This document shows positions 1-9,535 of a stretch of DNA of 64,000 nucleotides, piece after piece. Each line of letters begins with the position of its first letter. Within the stretch, counting starts at the first letter, position 1. The stretch is from positions 12,135-76,134 of the forward strand of contig DOMK01000013.1 in NCBI GenBank assembly GCA_003510435.1, given 5' to 3'. Below the pieces are notes generated by a model. It ran no database searches. It saw nothing but the letters and a program-made list of their open reading frames with translations, and was not told the DNA's origin. This DNA comes from Candidatus Magasanikiibacteriota bacterium. Its GTDB lineage: Bacteria; Patescibacteriota; Patescibacteriia; Magasanikbacterales; UBA922. Position numbers and translations under genes: made by a program.

Positions 1-126
1 TCAACAGCAGAAAAAACCGCTTTTGACTCCACAGCTTCAACCATTCCTCCGCGTTGGCTATGAGTAAAACGTTTTGGTTCACCGCCTTTTCTCATCGCGC
101 CGGAAACTCTTCTAGTTTCTGACATA

Positions 127-1485
127 TTATTCTAAAATTATATTTTTAATTTCTTCTAATTTTTCTTCCATTAATTCTTTACTCTTGGCTTCTAAGTTAA
201 GACGTAAGACTGGATCATTGGCTGAGGGACGAACATTGAAATGCCAATCATCAAACTCAAAACTCATACCATCTTGATAAGAAATTTCTTTTGCATCAAA
301 ATATTTTTCTTTAATTTTTTCCATTGTCTTCATTGTACTTTGTACTTTATAATTACTTTCACCAGAAATATAATAATCACCCAGGTCTTTAATTAATTGT
401 GATAATGTTTTACCAGTTTTGGAAATCATTTCCATAATCATCAAGGCCGGTACAAACCCATTTTCCATATAAGCATTTTTGATAAAATAAAAATGCCCGC
501 TCACTTCTCCGCCAAAAATTGCTTTGGTTTCTTGCATGCGTTTTTTAATATAAGTATGTCCCACTCTTTCTATATATCCTTTTCCACCAAGCTTATTTAA
601 CCAATCCTTTACTACCCAACTCGCACGTAAATCATAGACTACACCAGTGCCAGGATTTTTTTCCAAAAAATTAATTGCCAATAAAGCTACAATGTAATCA
701 CAATTGATAAAATCTCCATTTTCATCCAAAAAATAAACCCGATCGCAATCAGCATCCCAAGCTACGCCCAAATCTGGTTTTATTTCTTTTGTCTTTGCCA
801 CCCAGTCAACTCGATTTTTTTCTTCAAACGGATTAGCTTGATGATTAGGGAAATTTCCATCTGGTTCAAAAAATAACTTAGTAATATCTAAGTCCATGTC
901 AGCAAAAACTTTATCAGCCACCACACCACCCATACCATTACCAGCATCCATTACCACTTTAAGTGGTTTAATAACATCCACATCAACAAAACTTTTAGAA
1001 AAATTCACAAAGTCAACCCAAACATCTTTTTGTTCTACCACACCATTTTTATCTGAATTTATATAATTACCAGACTGAGCAATGGCTTCCAATTCTTCCA
1101 TTCCTACCCCCTTACCTATTGGCGTCAACATTCCTTCTGTATTCAAACGTAAAAATTTAACTCCATTAAACTCCTTTGGCATGTGTGAAGCTGTAATCAT
1201 AAGACCACCATCAAATTTGTAATACCAGGTGGCAAAATACAAGACATCGGTTGAAACCATACCAATATCCATCACATCCACACCACTCTCAACCAAACCA
1301 CGAATAATTTCGTCTTTTAAAATTGGTGAAGAACTACGACAATCATAACCCACCACAACTTTTTTAGGTTGGGCATACTTTGCATAGGCTCTGGCAATTA
1401 TATAGCCTGCTTCAACAGTCAAATCAACCCCAAATTCCCCTCTAATATCATAGTTTCTAAACAAACTAGTGTCTACTTTTGTCAT
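127..1485 (-). CDS. phosphomannomutase/phosphoglucomutase (alpha-D-phosphohexomutase family)
   Basis: 452-aa ORF. Phosphoserine loop TASHMP; N-terminal FRNYDIRG motif and length fit the PMM/PGM (AlgC/ManB-like) family. Confidence 0.8.
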   Translation of the reverse strand: MTKVDTSLFRNYDIRGEFGVDLTVEAGYIIARAYAKYAQPKKVVVGYDCRSSSPILKDEIIRGLVESGVDVMDIGMVSTDVLYFATWYYKFDGGLMITASHMPKEFNGVKFLRLNTEGMLTPIGKGVGMEELEAIAQSGNYINSDKNGVVEQKDVWVDFVNFSKSFVDVDVIKPLKVVMDAGNGMGGVVADKVFADMDLDITKLFFEPDGNFPNHQANPFEEKNRVDWVAKTKEIKPDLGVAWDADCDRVYFLDENGDFINCDYIVALLAINFLEKNPGTGVVYDLRASWVVKDWLNKLGGKGYIERVGHTYIKKRMQETKAIFGGEVSGHFYFIKNAYMENGFVPALMIMEMISKTGKTLSQLIKDLGDYYISGESNYKVQSTMKTMEKIKEKYFDAKEISYQDGMSFEFDDWHFNVRPSANDPVLRLNLEAKSKELMEEKLEEIKNIILE

Positions 1486-1499
1486 ATTAGTATATTACT

Positions 1500-1528
1500 T
1501 TGTCTAAATAGTAAAAATAGTATATAAT
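1500..1528 (+). promoter_or_regulatory. sigma70-like promoter upstream of clpC (TTGTCT-N17-TATAAT)
   Basis: ttgtct, a 17-nt spacer, then tataat about 95 nt upstream of the clpC ATG. The leader contains a long imperfect hairpin built from caaca(c) words. Confidence 0.5.
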
Positions 1529-1624
1529 ATAGACATAAAAAATACAACAACACAGCAACACAAAAACACCCAACTTAGCCAGAAGTGTTGTTCTGTTGTA
1601 CTGTTTTAATGTTTATATGTTTTT

Positions 1625-4174
1625 ATGAATCCTGAACAACTTTTGGAACGCTTTTCTACCCATCTCCGTACTGTGGTCGCCAAAGCTATGGCGATGGCCA
1701 CTTCCCTATCACATGACAAGGTCACCCCAGCTCATTTGTTTGTGGTTTTGTTAGAAGAAAAAGGCTCGATTGCCAATGAAATTTTGAGTAAGCTCAATAT
1801 TAATCCTGATTTTATTTATAAAATTTTAGATAATAAGCCAGAACTAGTAAACCAAAATATAAAAATCCAAACCGCCACTCTGCCAGAATTAAATTTGATG
1901 AGTAAAAAAATCTTAGAGAAATCCATGCTCCTAGCTTATGAGAGAAACCATACCCATATTGGCACCGAGCATTTACTCTTGGGTATGATCTATAGTACAG
2001 ACAAAGATATAAAAGATATTTTGCATAATTTTAAAATTAATATTGCTGATATTGAAGAAGAGATAGAAAATATTCTCCAGAGCACATCCAAATTCCCAGA
2101 TATTGATGACGTCTCCAATATGATGGATCAATTAGAAGGCTTAGTTGGTGGCGACAATTCTTCGGCCATGCCTCTACCCCCTGCTTCGATGAATCAACCA
2201 GAACAAAATCAAATTAGTAGACCAAAAATGAAAAGACCTAGTGTGACGGCTTTGGATCTTTTTACTAATAATCTAACTAATCCGAGTAATCAAAAAAATA
2301 TTGATCCAGTCATTGGTAGAGAAAAAGAAATTGAACGCGTAATAAATATTTTGGCCAGACGAACAAAAAATAATCCAGTGTTGATTGGCGAACCAGGTGT
2401 AGGTAAAACTGCCATTGTAGAAGGCTTGGCCAGAAGAATTACCGAAGGTGATGTACCAGATGTTTTAAAACGCAAAAAAATTCTTTCTCTTGATCTCACT
2501 TTAATGCTTGCTGGCACTATTTACCGTGGTGAATTTGAAGCTAGACTCAAACAAGTAATTGATGAAGTGACCAAATCACCAGATTGTATCCTTTTTATTG
2601 ATGAACTCCACAATATTATTGGCGCTGGCTCTAGTCAAGGTGCTATGGATGCGGCTAATATTTTGAAACCCGCCCTAGCTCGTGGTAGCCTACGCTGTAT
2701 TGGCGCGACCACGATTGATGAATACAAAAAACATGTTAGCCACGACCCTGCTCTAGAAAGACGTTTTCAAGCTATCAATGTAGAAGAACCAAGTAAAGAG
2801 GAAACTGAACAAATTTTACAAGGCATCAAAAAATATTATGAAAATTTTCATAATGTAAAAATTACTGATGAAGCTATTACTACAGCTGTAGAATTGAGTG
2901 TTAAATATATTCATGATAATTTCTTGCCTGATAAAGCGATTGATCTCTTGGATGAAGCCTCGGCCGCCATAAAAGTAAAAAATAAATTATCCAATCATGA
3001 AATCAAACGACAAAAATTATTAGATGAAATTGATCATTATAACATTCAAAAAGAAGAGAGTATTAGAACCGAAAAATTTGATGACGCCAGTGTATGGAAA
3101 AAACGCCTGGAGGGAGTTAATAAAAAATTACAATCTTTGGAAAAAATTATTAGTAAAGCCAAACAGCCACTCCGAAAAAAAGTGATGGGTGCTGATATAG
3201 CCAAAATTTTGGAAAACAAACTTAATATCCAAGCTAATATTTTATTACAAAATGAATGGGATGAACTAGAGACTTTACCAAACAGATTAAAACAAAATAT
3301 TATTGGTCAAGACGAAGCTATAGAAAAGATCGTAAAATCTTTGAAACAATCATATTTGGGACTAAAGGACAATAAAAAACCTCTGGCATCATTTGCTTTC
3401 ATTGGCCCGAGTGGAGTAGGTAAAACTGAAATGGCCAAAATTTTGGCCAAAGAACTTTATCATGATGACAAAGCTCTAATAAAACTAGACATGAGTGAAT
3501 TTTCTGAACAACATAGTACTTCTAAATTACTTGGTTCGCCGGCTGGCTATATTGGTCATAAAGAACGTAACCATTTTACTGAGGAAATTAGAAAACGACC
3601 TTATTGTGTGGTTTTGTTTGACGAGGTTGATAAAGCCCATGCTGATGTAACCAAACTCTTGTTACAAATTTTGGACGAAGGCGAACTGACTGACAGTGCA
3701 GGCAAAAAAACTCATTTCCACCATGCTCTAATTATTCTCACCACAAATTTAGGCGCAGAACTATTCAAAACCACTGGCATTGGTTTTGGTAAAGTTGAAG
3801 CTAATAGTAAAGATCGTGATAAATCAATTGTAAATAAACTAAAAGAAGACCTCTCTTCAGCTCTAATCAACCGTTTGGACAATGTAATTATTTTTAATCC
3901 TCTGACTAAAGCTGATATAAAAAATATTGTGGCTAAAAATTTTAAATTAATCAATGAAAAATTACAAACCAATAATAAATTATCTATCAAAGCTACTAAC
4001 CAAATATTATTAGATCTAAGTAAAGATAGTTTTAATGTAGAAGAAGGTGCTAGACAAGTAGAAAGAATTTTGCAGGATATTATCCAAGAAGCCGTCATTG
4101 AAATCCTAAAGAAAAAACAAAATAAACAAAATTATTCTCTAGTGAAAAAAGCTGGGAAATATAGTCTAGTATGA
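1625..4174 (+). CDS. clpC: ATP-dependent Clp protease ATP-binding subunit, ClpC type
   Basis: 849 aa. Clp N-domain, two AAA+ modules with Walker A GEPGVGKT and GPSGVGKT, and a short middle region with a UVR-like segment ([12 protein letters not shown]) typical of ClpC rather than ClpB. Confidence 0.85.
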   Translation: MNPEQLLERFSTHLRTVVAKAMAMATSLSHDKVTPAHLFVVLLEEKGSIANEILSKLNINPDFIYKILDNKPELVNQNIKIQTATLPELNLMSKKILEKSMLLAYERNHTHIGTEHLLLGMIYSTDKDIKDILHNFKINIADIEEEIENILQSTSKFPDIDDVSNMMDQLEGLVGGDNSSAMPLPPASMNQPEQNQISRPKMKRPSVTALDLFTNNLTNPSNQKNIDPVIGREKEIERVINILARRTKNNPVLIGEPGVGKTAIVEGLARRITEGDVPDVLKRKKILSLDLTLMLAGTIYRGEFEARLKQVIDEVTKSPDCILFIDELHNIIGAGSSQGAMDAANILKPALARGSLRCIGATTIDEYKKHVSHDPALERRFQAINVEEPSKEETEQILQGIKKYYENFHNVKITDEAITTAVELSVKYIHDNFLPDKAIDLLDEASAAIKVKNKLSNHEIKRQKLLDEIDHYNIQKEESIRTEKFDDASVWKKRLEGVNKKLQSLEKIISKAKQPLRKKVMGADIAKILENKLNIQANILLQNEWDELETLPNRLKQNIIGQDEAIEKIVKSLKQSYLGLKDNKKPLASFAFIGPSGVGKTEMAKILAKELYHDDKALIKLDMSEFSEQHSTSKLLGSPAGYIGHKERNHFTEEIRKRPYCVVLFDEVDKAHADVTKLLLQILDEGELTDSAGKKTHFHHALIILTTNLGAELFKTTGIGFGKVEANSKDRDKSIVNKLKEDLSSALINRLDNVIIFNPLTKADIKNIVAKNFKLINEKLQTNNKLSIKATNQILLDLSKDSFNVEEGARQVERILQDIIQEAVIEILKKKQNKQNYSLVKKAGKYSLV

Positions 4175-4545
4175 ACGTCCAAAATCAATTATCAAGTGAA
4201 AAAGCCAAAGCCATTGCCTTTAAAAAAGGACAACAAATTAGTTTGAAACAACAACAGACTGGTTTGTGGCAAGAAAAATTTGATATTGATGAACAACTAG
4301 AATATTATAAAAATAAATTAATGATTAATATAGAAAATAGACAAGTAGAGATGGTAGATAATAATTTAAAAAAACTATTAAGACTGCGCGCTAGACAAAC
4401 TGCTCTTAATATATCAGAAATAATAGGAGAAGATAAAGAAAAAAATACCCAACTTTTAAAAGAAGAAACCGAAAAATTTTACAGGGATTGTTTACTTCTC
4501 GGTATTACTTTAGATAAAATAATTGGCGAAGACAATATTATATGA
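4171..4545 (+). CDS. hypothetical coiled-coil protein, translationally coupled to clpC
   Basis: 124-aa ORF whose ATG overlaps the clpC stop (ATGA) and whose stop overlaps the next ATG. K/E-rich and helical-looking; no recognisable domain. Confidence 0.4.
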   Translation: MNVQNQLSSEKAKAIAFKKGQQISLKQQQTGLWQEKFDIDEQLEYYKNKLMINIENRQVEMVDNNLKKLLRLRARQTALNISEIIGEDKEKNTQLLKEETEKFYRDCLLLGITLDKIIGEDNII

Positions 4546-6395
4546 AAACTCCTCCGCCCAATTCAGACCAAAAAAGACAAATTATGGGAGCAATCCTTAG
4601 TCAGATTGTGGCCAAACAAATACTCCCGGCTTTATTAAAAGAAGAATTTGCTAAACATCTAATAAACCCAGCAAATTTTCTACCAAATTCAATAAATGAA
4701 ACTCTGGCCGTAGATCCAGCTCAATATATCAGCCCTGTCCTTTCTAATATAGGCATGCAAAACCCAAACATAAATCCTAAAGACATTGTTGGTAATTTTG
4801 GATCAAATAATTCTAGTTTACAACCATCAACCACAGCTGATTCAACTATTCCAAACCAAGGTGGTAATACTGGAACTTCAACTCCAGATACCACACCACA
4901 GGCAGATGCTGACCAAAATGGATCTCCTGCTAATAAAAATGGTCAATCAAAAAATGATTCAGACCAACCACAGGCAGATGCAGATGCAGATAAAGACAAA
5001 GAAAATCCTGATGACGATGATAAAAAAAATGAAGCCAAAAATCCAGAAGCAACGACTGATTTAAATAATCTTGATACGCCAGCTGATAAAGCTGTTAATA
5101 CAGATCAACCGACTGGTTCTGGTCAAAATCAAAATGTACCTGGATCAACCACCCAGCCTGGACAACAAGTTGGTCCTGGTGGTGTGGTAACCAATCCAAC
5201 TCAAGCAGGAGCACCTGGACAAAATACTCCTGGGAGTAATACACCAAATTCACCAACCACACCAGGAGCTAATGCTCAACCTGGTATGAATCCAAATGTT
5301 AGTAATCCAGATACAAAAGATGATAATGCAGATGCAGGCAAAGATGAAAATATTGATGAGGACGATAAAAAACCAGATGAAGACAAACTAGATGGTGAGG
5401 GTGATGATAAAAAAGAACCTGATGATAAAGATAAAGACGGTGACAAAAAAAATGATGAGAATGATAAAAATAGTGGTGACAAAACAAAACCAGATGAAAT
5501 ACCCTCAGGTTATTACGACCCTTATGCCAATTCAAAAGATGGTACGCATGCGGGATATTTTAATCCTGATGCGTCAAAAGAACAAACACCAGTCATAGAT
5601 GAAACAGGAAGAGACAGAGGAGCTACCATAACCCCAGAAAAAAAACCAGGGGATGGTTATTACGACCCTTATGCCAATTCAAAAGATGGTACGCATGCGG
5701 GATATTTTAATCCTGATGCGTCAAAAGAGGACGAAGATAGGGATGAAAGCAGTGACTCTCCATTTGGTGTTGAAAACCAAGACTTTGGCGGTATGAATAT
5801 GCCAAATCAACAAGAAGACCAGGAATCAGATGACGATACTCCACAAGATGGTAAAAGTGAACAACAGCCAGATAAAAAATCAGATTCTGATAATGACGAA
5901 CAAAAAGAAAAAAAACAAAAAATGGAAAACGAAAAAGGAAGCATGACTCAATTTATAAATCAAAATATAATAAACAGAACAAAGATAAACGGCCTAGAAC
6001 AAGAGATAAAAAATTTAGAAAACCAAGCTAATGATCTAAATAAAAAAAATGATGATTTAGATAAAAAAATTAAAGAATTGGAACCAGAATCAATTAAAAA
6101 ATTAAGGGGCATACAAACATTTATGGGAGGTTGTAGTTGTTGTTCTTGTATTTTTTTACCCATATCTCTTATTTCCTCAATATCAACAGCCTTAATTGAA
6201 TTATTTATCCAAATTAAAAAAAAGAAAGAACATGAAAATAAAGCTGAGATTGAAAAACTTGAAGAAGAAAAAAAAGCAAATACTAAAAATCTTAAACAAA
6301 TTAATAAACAAATTAATAAAATAGCTAGGGATATATACAATTTGCGAAACACAGGAATGATGAAAGGAATGGCCAATAATATGTTCAGACACTAG
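4542..6395 (+). CDS. hypothetical acidic low-complexity protein with an internal exact repeat and a C-terminal Cys-rich hydrophobic segment
   Basis: 617 aa, rich in P/T/G/D/K/N. The 25-aa unit GYYDPYANSKDGTHAGYFNPDASKE occurs twice. A C-terminal coiled coil flanks GGCSCCSCIFLPISLISSISTALIELF. Confidence 0.45.
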   Translation: MKTPPPNSDQKRQIMGAILSQIVAKQILPALLKEEFAKHLINPANFLPNSINETLAVDPAQYISPVLSNIGMQNPNINPKDIVGNFGSNNSSLQPSTTADSTIPNQGGNTGTSTPDTTPQADADQNGSPANKNGQSKNDSDQPQADADADKDKENPDDDDKKNEAKNPEATTDLNNLDTPADKAVNTDQPTGSGQNQNVPGSTTQPGQQVGPGGVVTNPTQAGAPGQNTPGSNTPNSPTTPGANAQPGMNPNVSNPDTKDDNADAGKDENIDEDDKKPDEDKLDGEGDDKKEPDDKDKDGDKKNDENDKNSGDKTKPDEIPSGYYDPYANSKDGTHAGYFNPDASKEQTPVIDETGRDRGATITPEKKPGDGYYDPYANSKDGTHAGYFNPDASKEDEDRDESSDSPFGVENQDFGGMNMPNQQEDQESDDDTPQDGKSEQQPDKKSDSDNDEQKEKKQKMENEKGSMTQFINQNIINRTKINGLEQEIKNLENQANDLNKKNDDLDKKIKELEPESIKKLRGIQTFMGGCSCCSCIFLPISLISSISTALIELFIQIKKKKEHENKAEIEKLEEEKKANTKNLKQINKQINKIARDIYNLRNTGMMKGMANNMFRH

Positions 6396-6440
6396 AAAAA
6401 TTTCTAAATAAATAATATAATATACTTATATTTATAATAT

Positions 6441-7664
6441 ATGGATAAAAAGAAAATCATTTATATTCTGGCATTTATAGTCATAGCTGGTTTATTGGCT
6501 TTTTTAATTTACCGAATATTTTTTTATACAAAACCAGAAACATTAATTATTGGTCCTGATGGTACAATTACTACTACTGGACAAACTGGCCTATTTCCTC
6601 AATCCGGTGAAGGCAAACCTAGTACCACTACTTCTGGAACTTCGGGACAAAAACTACCAACCGCTGGCACAATCAGTCCTACTAGCAAAAGACCTGGTGA
6701 AAGAACCGTAGAAAAGACGGTTGATATTCCAATAATCAGTGCTACCAAAGATATTTCTGGCAATGCTAGATTTTATAATGATGTGGATGGTAAATTTTAT
6801 CGCCTTAATAGTGACGGTAAAGTAGAAAGTCTAAGTGATGAGGTGTTTTATAATGTAAAAAATGTCACTTGGTCACCAGTCAATGAAGACGCTATTATAG
6901 AATATCCTGATGGTGCCAATATTTATTATAATTTTAAAACCAAGGAACAAGTCACCTTACCCAAACACTGGGAAGATTTTTCTTTTTCTGATACTGGAGA
7001 CAAAATTGCTTCCAAAAGTGTTGGCTTATCCCCAGAAAATCAATGGATAATTACTGCTAATCCAGATGGAAAAAATATAAAATTAATTGAACCAATGGGA
7101 GAAAATGCTGCCAAAGTAAATGTTGATTGGTCTCCAAACAAACAAATTGTGGCCACTTCCAGAACTGGTGATGCTCTTGGGGCTGACAGAGAAGAAATCC
7201 TAATGGTTGGCTTAAATGGCGAAAATTTTAAATCCATTGTCGTAGAAGGACGAGGTATACAATCTCAATGGTCAACCGAGGGTAAAAAACTTTTGTATAG
7301 TGTTTATAGCGAACGCAGTGATTTCAAACCAGAATTATGGATAGTAAATTCTTATGGTGATAAAATTGGTTCCGGTAGAAGTTATCTAAATTTGAATACT
7401 TGGGCAGAAAAATGTACTTTCCAAGATGAAAGATTTGTCTATTGTGCTGTTCCTACTCAATTGGAACGCGGAGCTGGTTTTGCCCCGGCTCTTTATGATA
7501 GCACTCCAGATCAAATTTATCGGGTTGACTTGCAGACTGGTATAAAAACCGAAATTCCCGTATCCGAGGATCGGACCATAACTAATATGTTTATTAGCTC
7601 AGATGGAAAAACACTGCAATTCACTGATGAAAATGAGGGTGGTTTATTTAGTATAGATTTATAA
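6441..7664 (+). CDS. membrane-anchored protein with a putative beta-propeller (TolB/WD40-like) ectodomain
   Basis: 407 aa. N-terminal TM helix, a T/S/G-rich linker, then repeated DG-containing beta-strand motifs. The fold assignment is a guess. Confidence 0.4.
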   Translation: MDKKKIIYILAFIVIAGLLAFLIYRIFFYTKPETLIIGPDGTITTTGQTGLFPQSGEGKPSTTTSGTSGQKLPTAGTISPTSKRPGERTVEKTVDIPIISATKDISGNARFYNDVDGKFYRLNSDGKVESLSDEVFYNVKNVTWSPVNEDAIIEYPDGANIYYNFKTKEQVTLPKHWEDFSFSDTGDKIASKSVGLSPENQWIITANPDGKNIKLIEPMGENAAKVNVDWSPNKQIVATSRTGDALGADREEILMVGLNGENFKSIVVEGRGIQSQWSTEGKKLLYSVYSERSDFKPELWIVNSYGDKIGSGRSYLNLNTWAEKCTFQDERFVYCAVPTQLERGAGFAPALYDSTPDQIYRVDLQTGIKTEIPVSEDRTITNMFISSDGKTLQFTDENEGGLFSIDL

Positions 7665-7667
7665 AAT

Positions 7668-8318
7668 ATGTATAAAAATAAATACGCCATATTAATAATC
7701 ATACCCGCCATTCTAATTGCCGGCTTTGCTTTATATGTCCGAATTTTACAATACGAACCCCTATTCCCTAGTTTAAAAGAAATAGAAGCTCAGGAAGATA
7801 AATTAAAAACCAATATAATTCCAATTTACAAAGAAGACCCTGTTGTTGGAAATAAAAAAGCCAAAAATCAAATTATTATGTTTGAAGATTTTGGTTGCGA
7901 AGCCTGTGAATACCAAATGGAATTATTAAAAGAACTACTAGTCAAGCATCCAGACAGTCTAAATATAATTTGGAAAGGTTTATCTGTTAGCACCTTCCCT
8001 TACTCCACAGAAATGGCTCATGCTTATGCTTACTGTGCCAATGAACAAAATAAATTTTCTCAATTTAAGGATCAAGCCTTTGCTAATTTTGACAACCTCT
8101 CTACAGATACGCTAAATAATATAAGCAAGACCATTGCTTTAAATGAAACTAAGACCAGTCAATGCATTACTAGCAATCAATGGAAATTATATATGAATAA
8201 AAATACTGCCTTGGCCCAACTCCTAAATATTCAATCTGTGCCAACTATTTTTATAAATAATGTCCAAACGAAAAATCCTCAGACATTGGAAGAATGGGAA
8301 GCAATTTTAAATCTATAA
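7668..8318 (+). CDS. DsbA-like thiol-disulfide oxidoreductase (thioredoxin fold)
   Basis: 216 aa. N-terminal TM helix, a CxxC active site (FGCEACEY), and a size and arrangement typical of DsbA/BdbD-like proteins. Confidence 0.6.
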   Translation: MYKNKYAILIIIPAILIAGFALYVRILQYEPLFPSLKEIEAQEDKLKTNIIPIYKEDPVVGNKKAKNQIIMFEDFGCEACEYQMELLKELLVKHPDSLNIIWKGLSVSTFPYSTEMAHAYAYCANEQNKFSQFKDQAFANFDNLSTDTLNNISKTIALNETKTSQCITSNQWKLYMNKNTALAQLLNIQSVPTIFINNVQTKNPQTLEEWEAILNL

Positions 8319-8336
8319 AAATTCGCGATAAGTTAT

Positions 8337-9533
8337 ATGCTTAAAAAAATATTTTTTACTCTAACTGTTTTTTCCTTTATTGCACTTAGTTGTTTTTTGG
8401 TACCAACCCAAACAAAAGCCCGCGAATTAATGGGGGGATTATTGGAATCTAGTGAAATAGAAACCATTTTAAAAGAAAATCAGCCAAATCTACAAATCAG
8501 AATTCCTGGTATAAAATTCACTGATCCAGCAGAATTAGAAAAATTACAAATAGAAGAAAACGGTATAAACTATTTACAAATCCCCTATTTAGGAGAATAT
8601 ATTGTCGCTGTTTACAAATATGGTATTATTATTATTGGAGTTTTAGCTCTTGTAATGATAATTGATTCTGGTTTGCAATGGGTGCTCTCTGCCGGCAACC
8701 AAGAAAAAATAACCAAAGCCAAAACAGGATTAAGTAATGCTATTTTTGGTTTAATTATTGCTTTACTTTCATATACTATTCTCTATGTTATTAATCCTAA
8801 TTTGGTTGAATTTAAAAGCTTAAAAATAGCCTATGTAGAACGACGAGAAGTGGATTCTCTTACCAATGATTTAGTACAAAGCGATAATGACAAACCTCCT
8901 CAATTAGAAATATTTGAAGATATAGATCCATCACCTCTACCCAATACCAGTGGATTAAATTATGGTTTTAATAATGTTCCTTATTATTACCAATGTTTCA
9001 GTGCCAATAGTCCATGGGGTAATGAAATATATGGTGAACAAAGTGATTGTTCTAATTTTTGTCATGGCGCCTGTGGTCCCACATCATTTGCTATGGTTTT
9101 TCGTTTTTATGAATTAGAAGTTGATCCAAGACATATAGCAAAAGTTGGCGTCTCGTCAGGAGCTAGAAAATGTGGAACACCTGGTGGTACAAACGGTAAT
9201 GTATTAATTACCGCTCTAAAAAAAGAAACTCCATTTAGTGAATTTAAAATTGATTGGATAACTGGAAATGACGCTCATGATAAAGCTTGGGAAATTTTAA
9301 AATCAGGTCAACCACTTATTCAATCTGGTGAACATATCGGCTTTACTAGCAAAGGTACCATAAAAACATACCGCGGACACTATATAGTTTTAACCGGCAT
9401 TGACAATATTGGCGGTCAAGAAGTCATCAGGGTTAATGATCCCGCTAGAATAAGCCCAACCCAAGGTATTGTTTATATGACACGGGAACAATTTAACGCT
9501 GCCCCTAGAAGCATGATTTATATACATAAATAA
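8337..9533 (+). CDS. secreted/membrane protein: signal peptide, a two-TM pilin-like hairpin, and a C-terminal C39-like (papain-fold) cysteine peptidase domain
   Basis: 398 aa. Signal-like N-terminus. A two-TM hairpin with a short polar loop (GIIIIGVLALVMII...SAGNQEKITKAKTG...IFGLIIALLSYTILYV) resembles TrbC/VirB2-type pilins. The C-terminal motif GACGPTSFAMV followed by a distal His resembles Peptidase_C39-like catalytic Cys/His. Confidence 0.5.
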   Translation: MLKKIFFTLTVFSFIALSCFLVPTQTKARELMGGLLESSEIETILKENQPNLQIRIPGIKFTDPAELEKLQIEENGINYLQIPYLGEYIVAVYKYGIIIIGVLALVMIIDSGLQWVLSAGNQEKITKAKTGLSNAIFGLIIALLSYTILYVINPNLVEFKSLKIAYVERREVDSLTNDLVQSDNDKPPQLEIFEDIDPSPLPNTSGLNYGFNNVPYYYQCFSANSPWGNEIYGEQSDCSNFCHGACGPTSFAMVFRFYELEVDPRHIAKVGVSSGARKCGTPGGTNGNVLITALKKETPFSEFKIDWITGNDAHDKAWEILKSGQPLIQSGEHIGFTSKGTIKTYRGHYIVLTGIDNIGGQEVIRVNDPARISPTQGIVYMTREQFNAAPRSMIYIHK

Positions 9534-9535
9534 AA

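Noticed and set aside
2290-4098. Antisense ORFs inside clpC (2290-2517, 3712-4098) and similar internal or antisense ORFs elsewhere (e.g. 34605-34946, 35026-35523, 56328-56693, 59431-59928)
   Set aside because: They are fully embedded in well-supported genes on the opposite strand. They have biased composition and no independent start signals.
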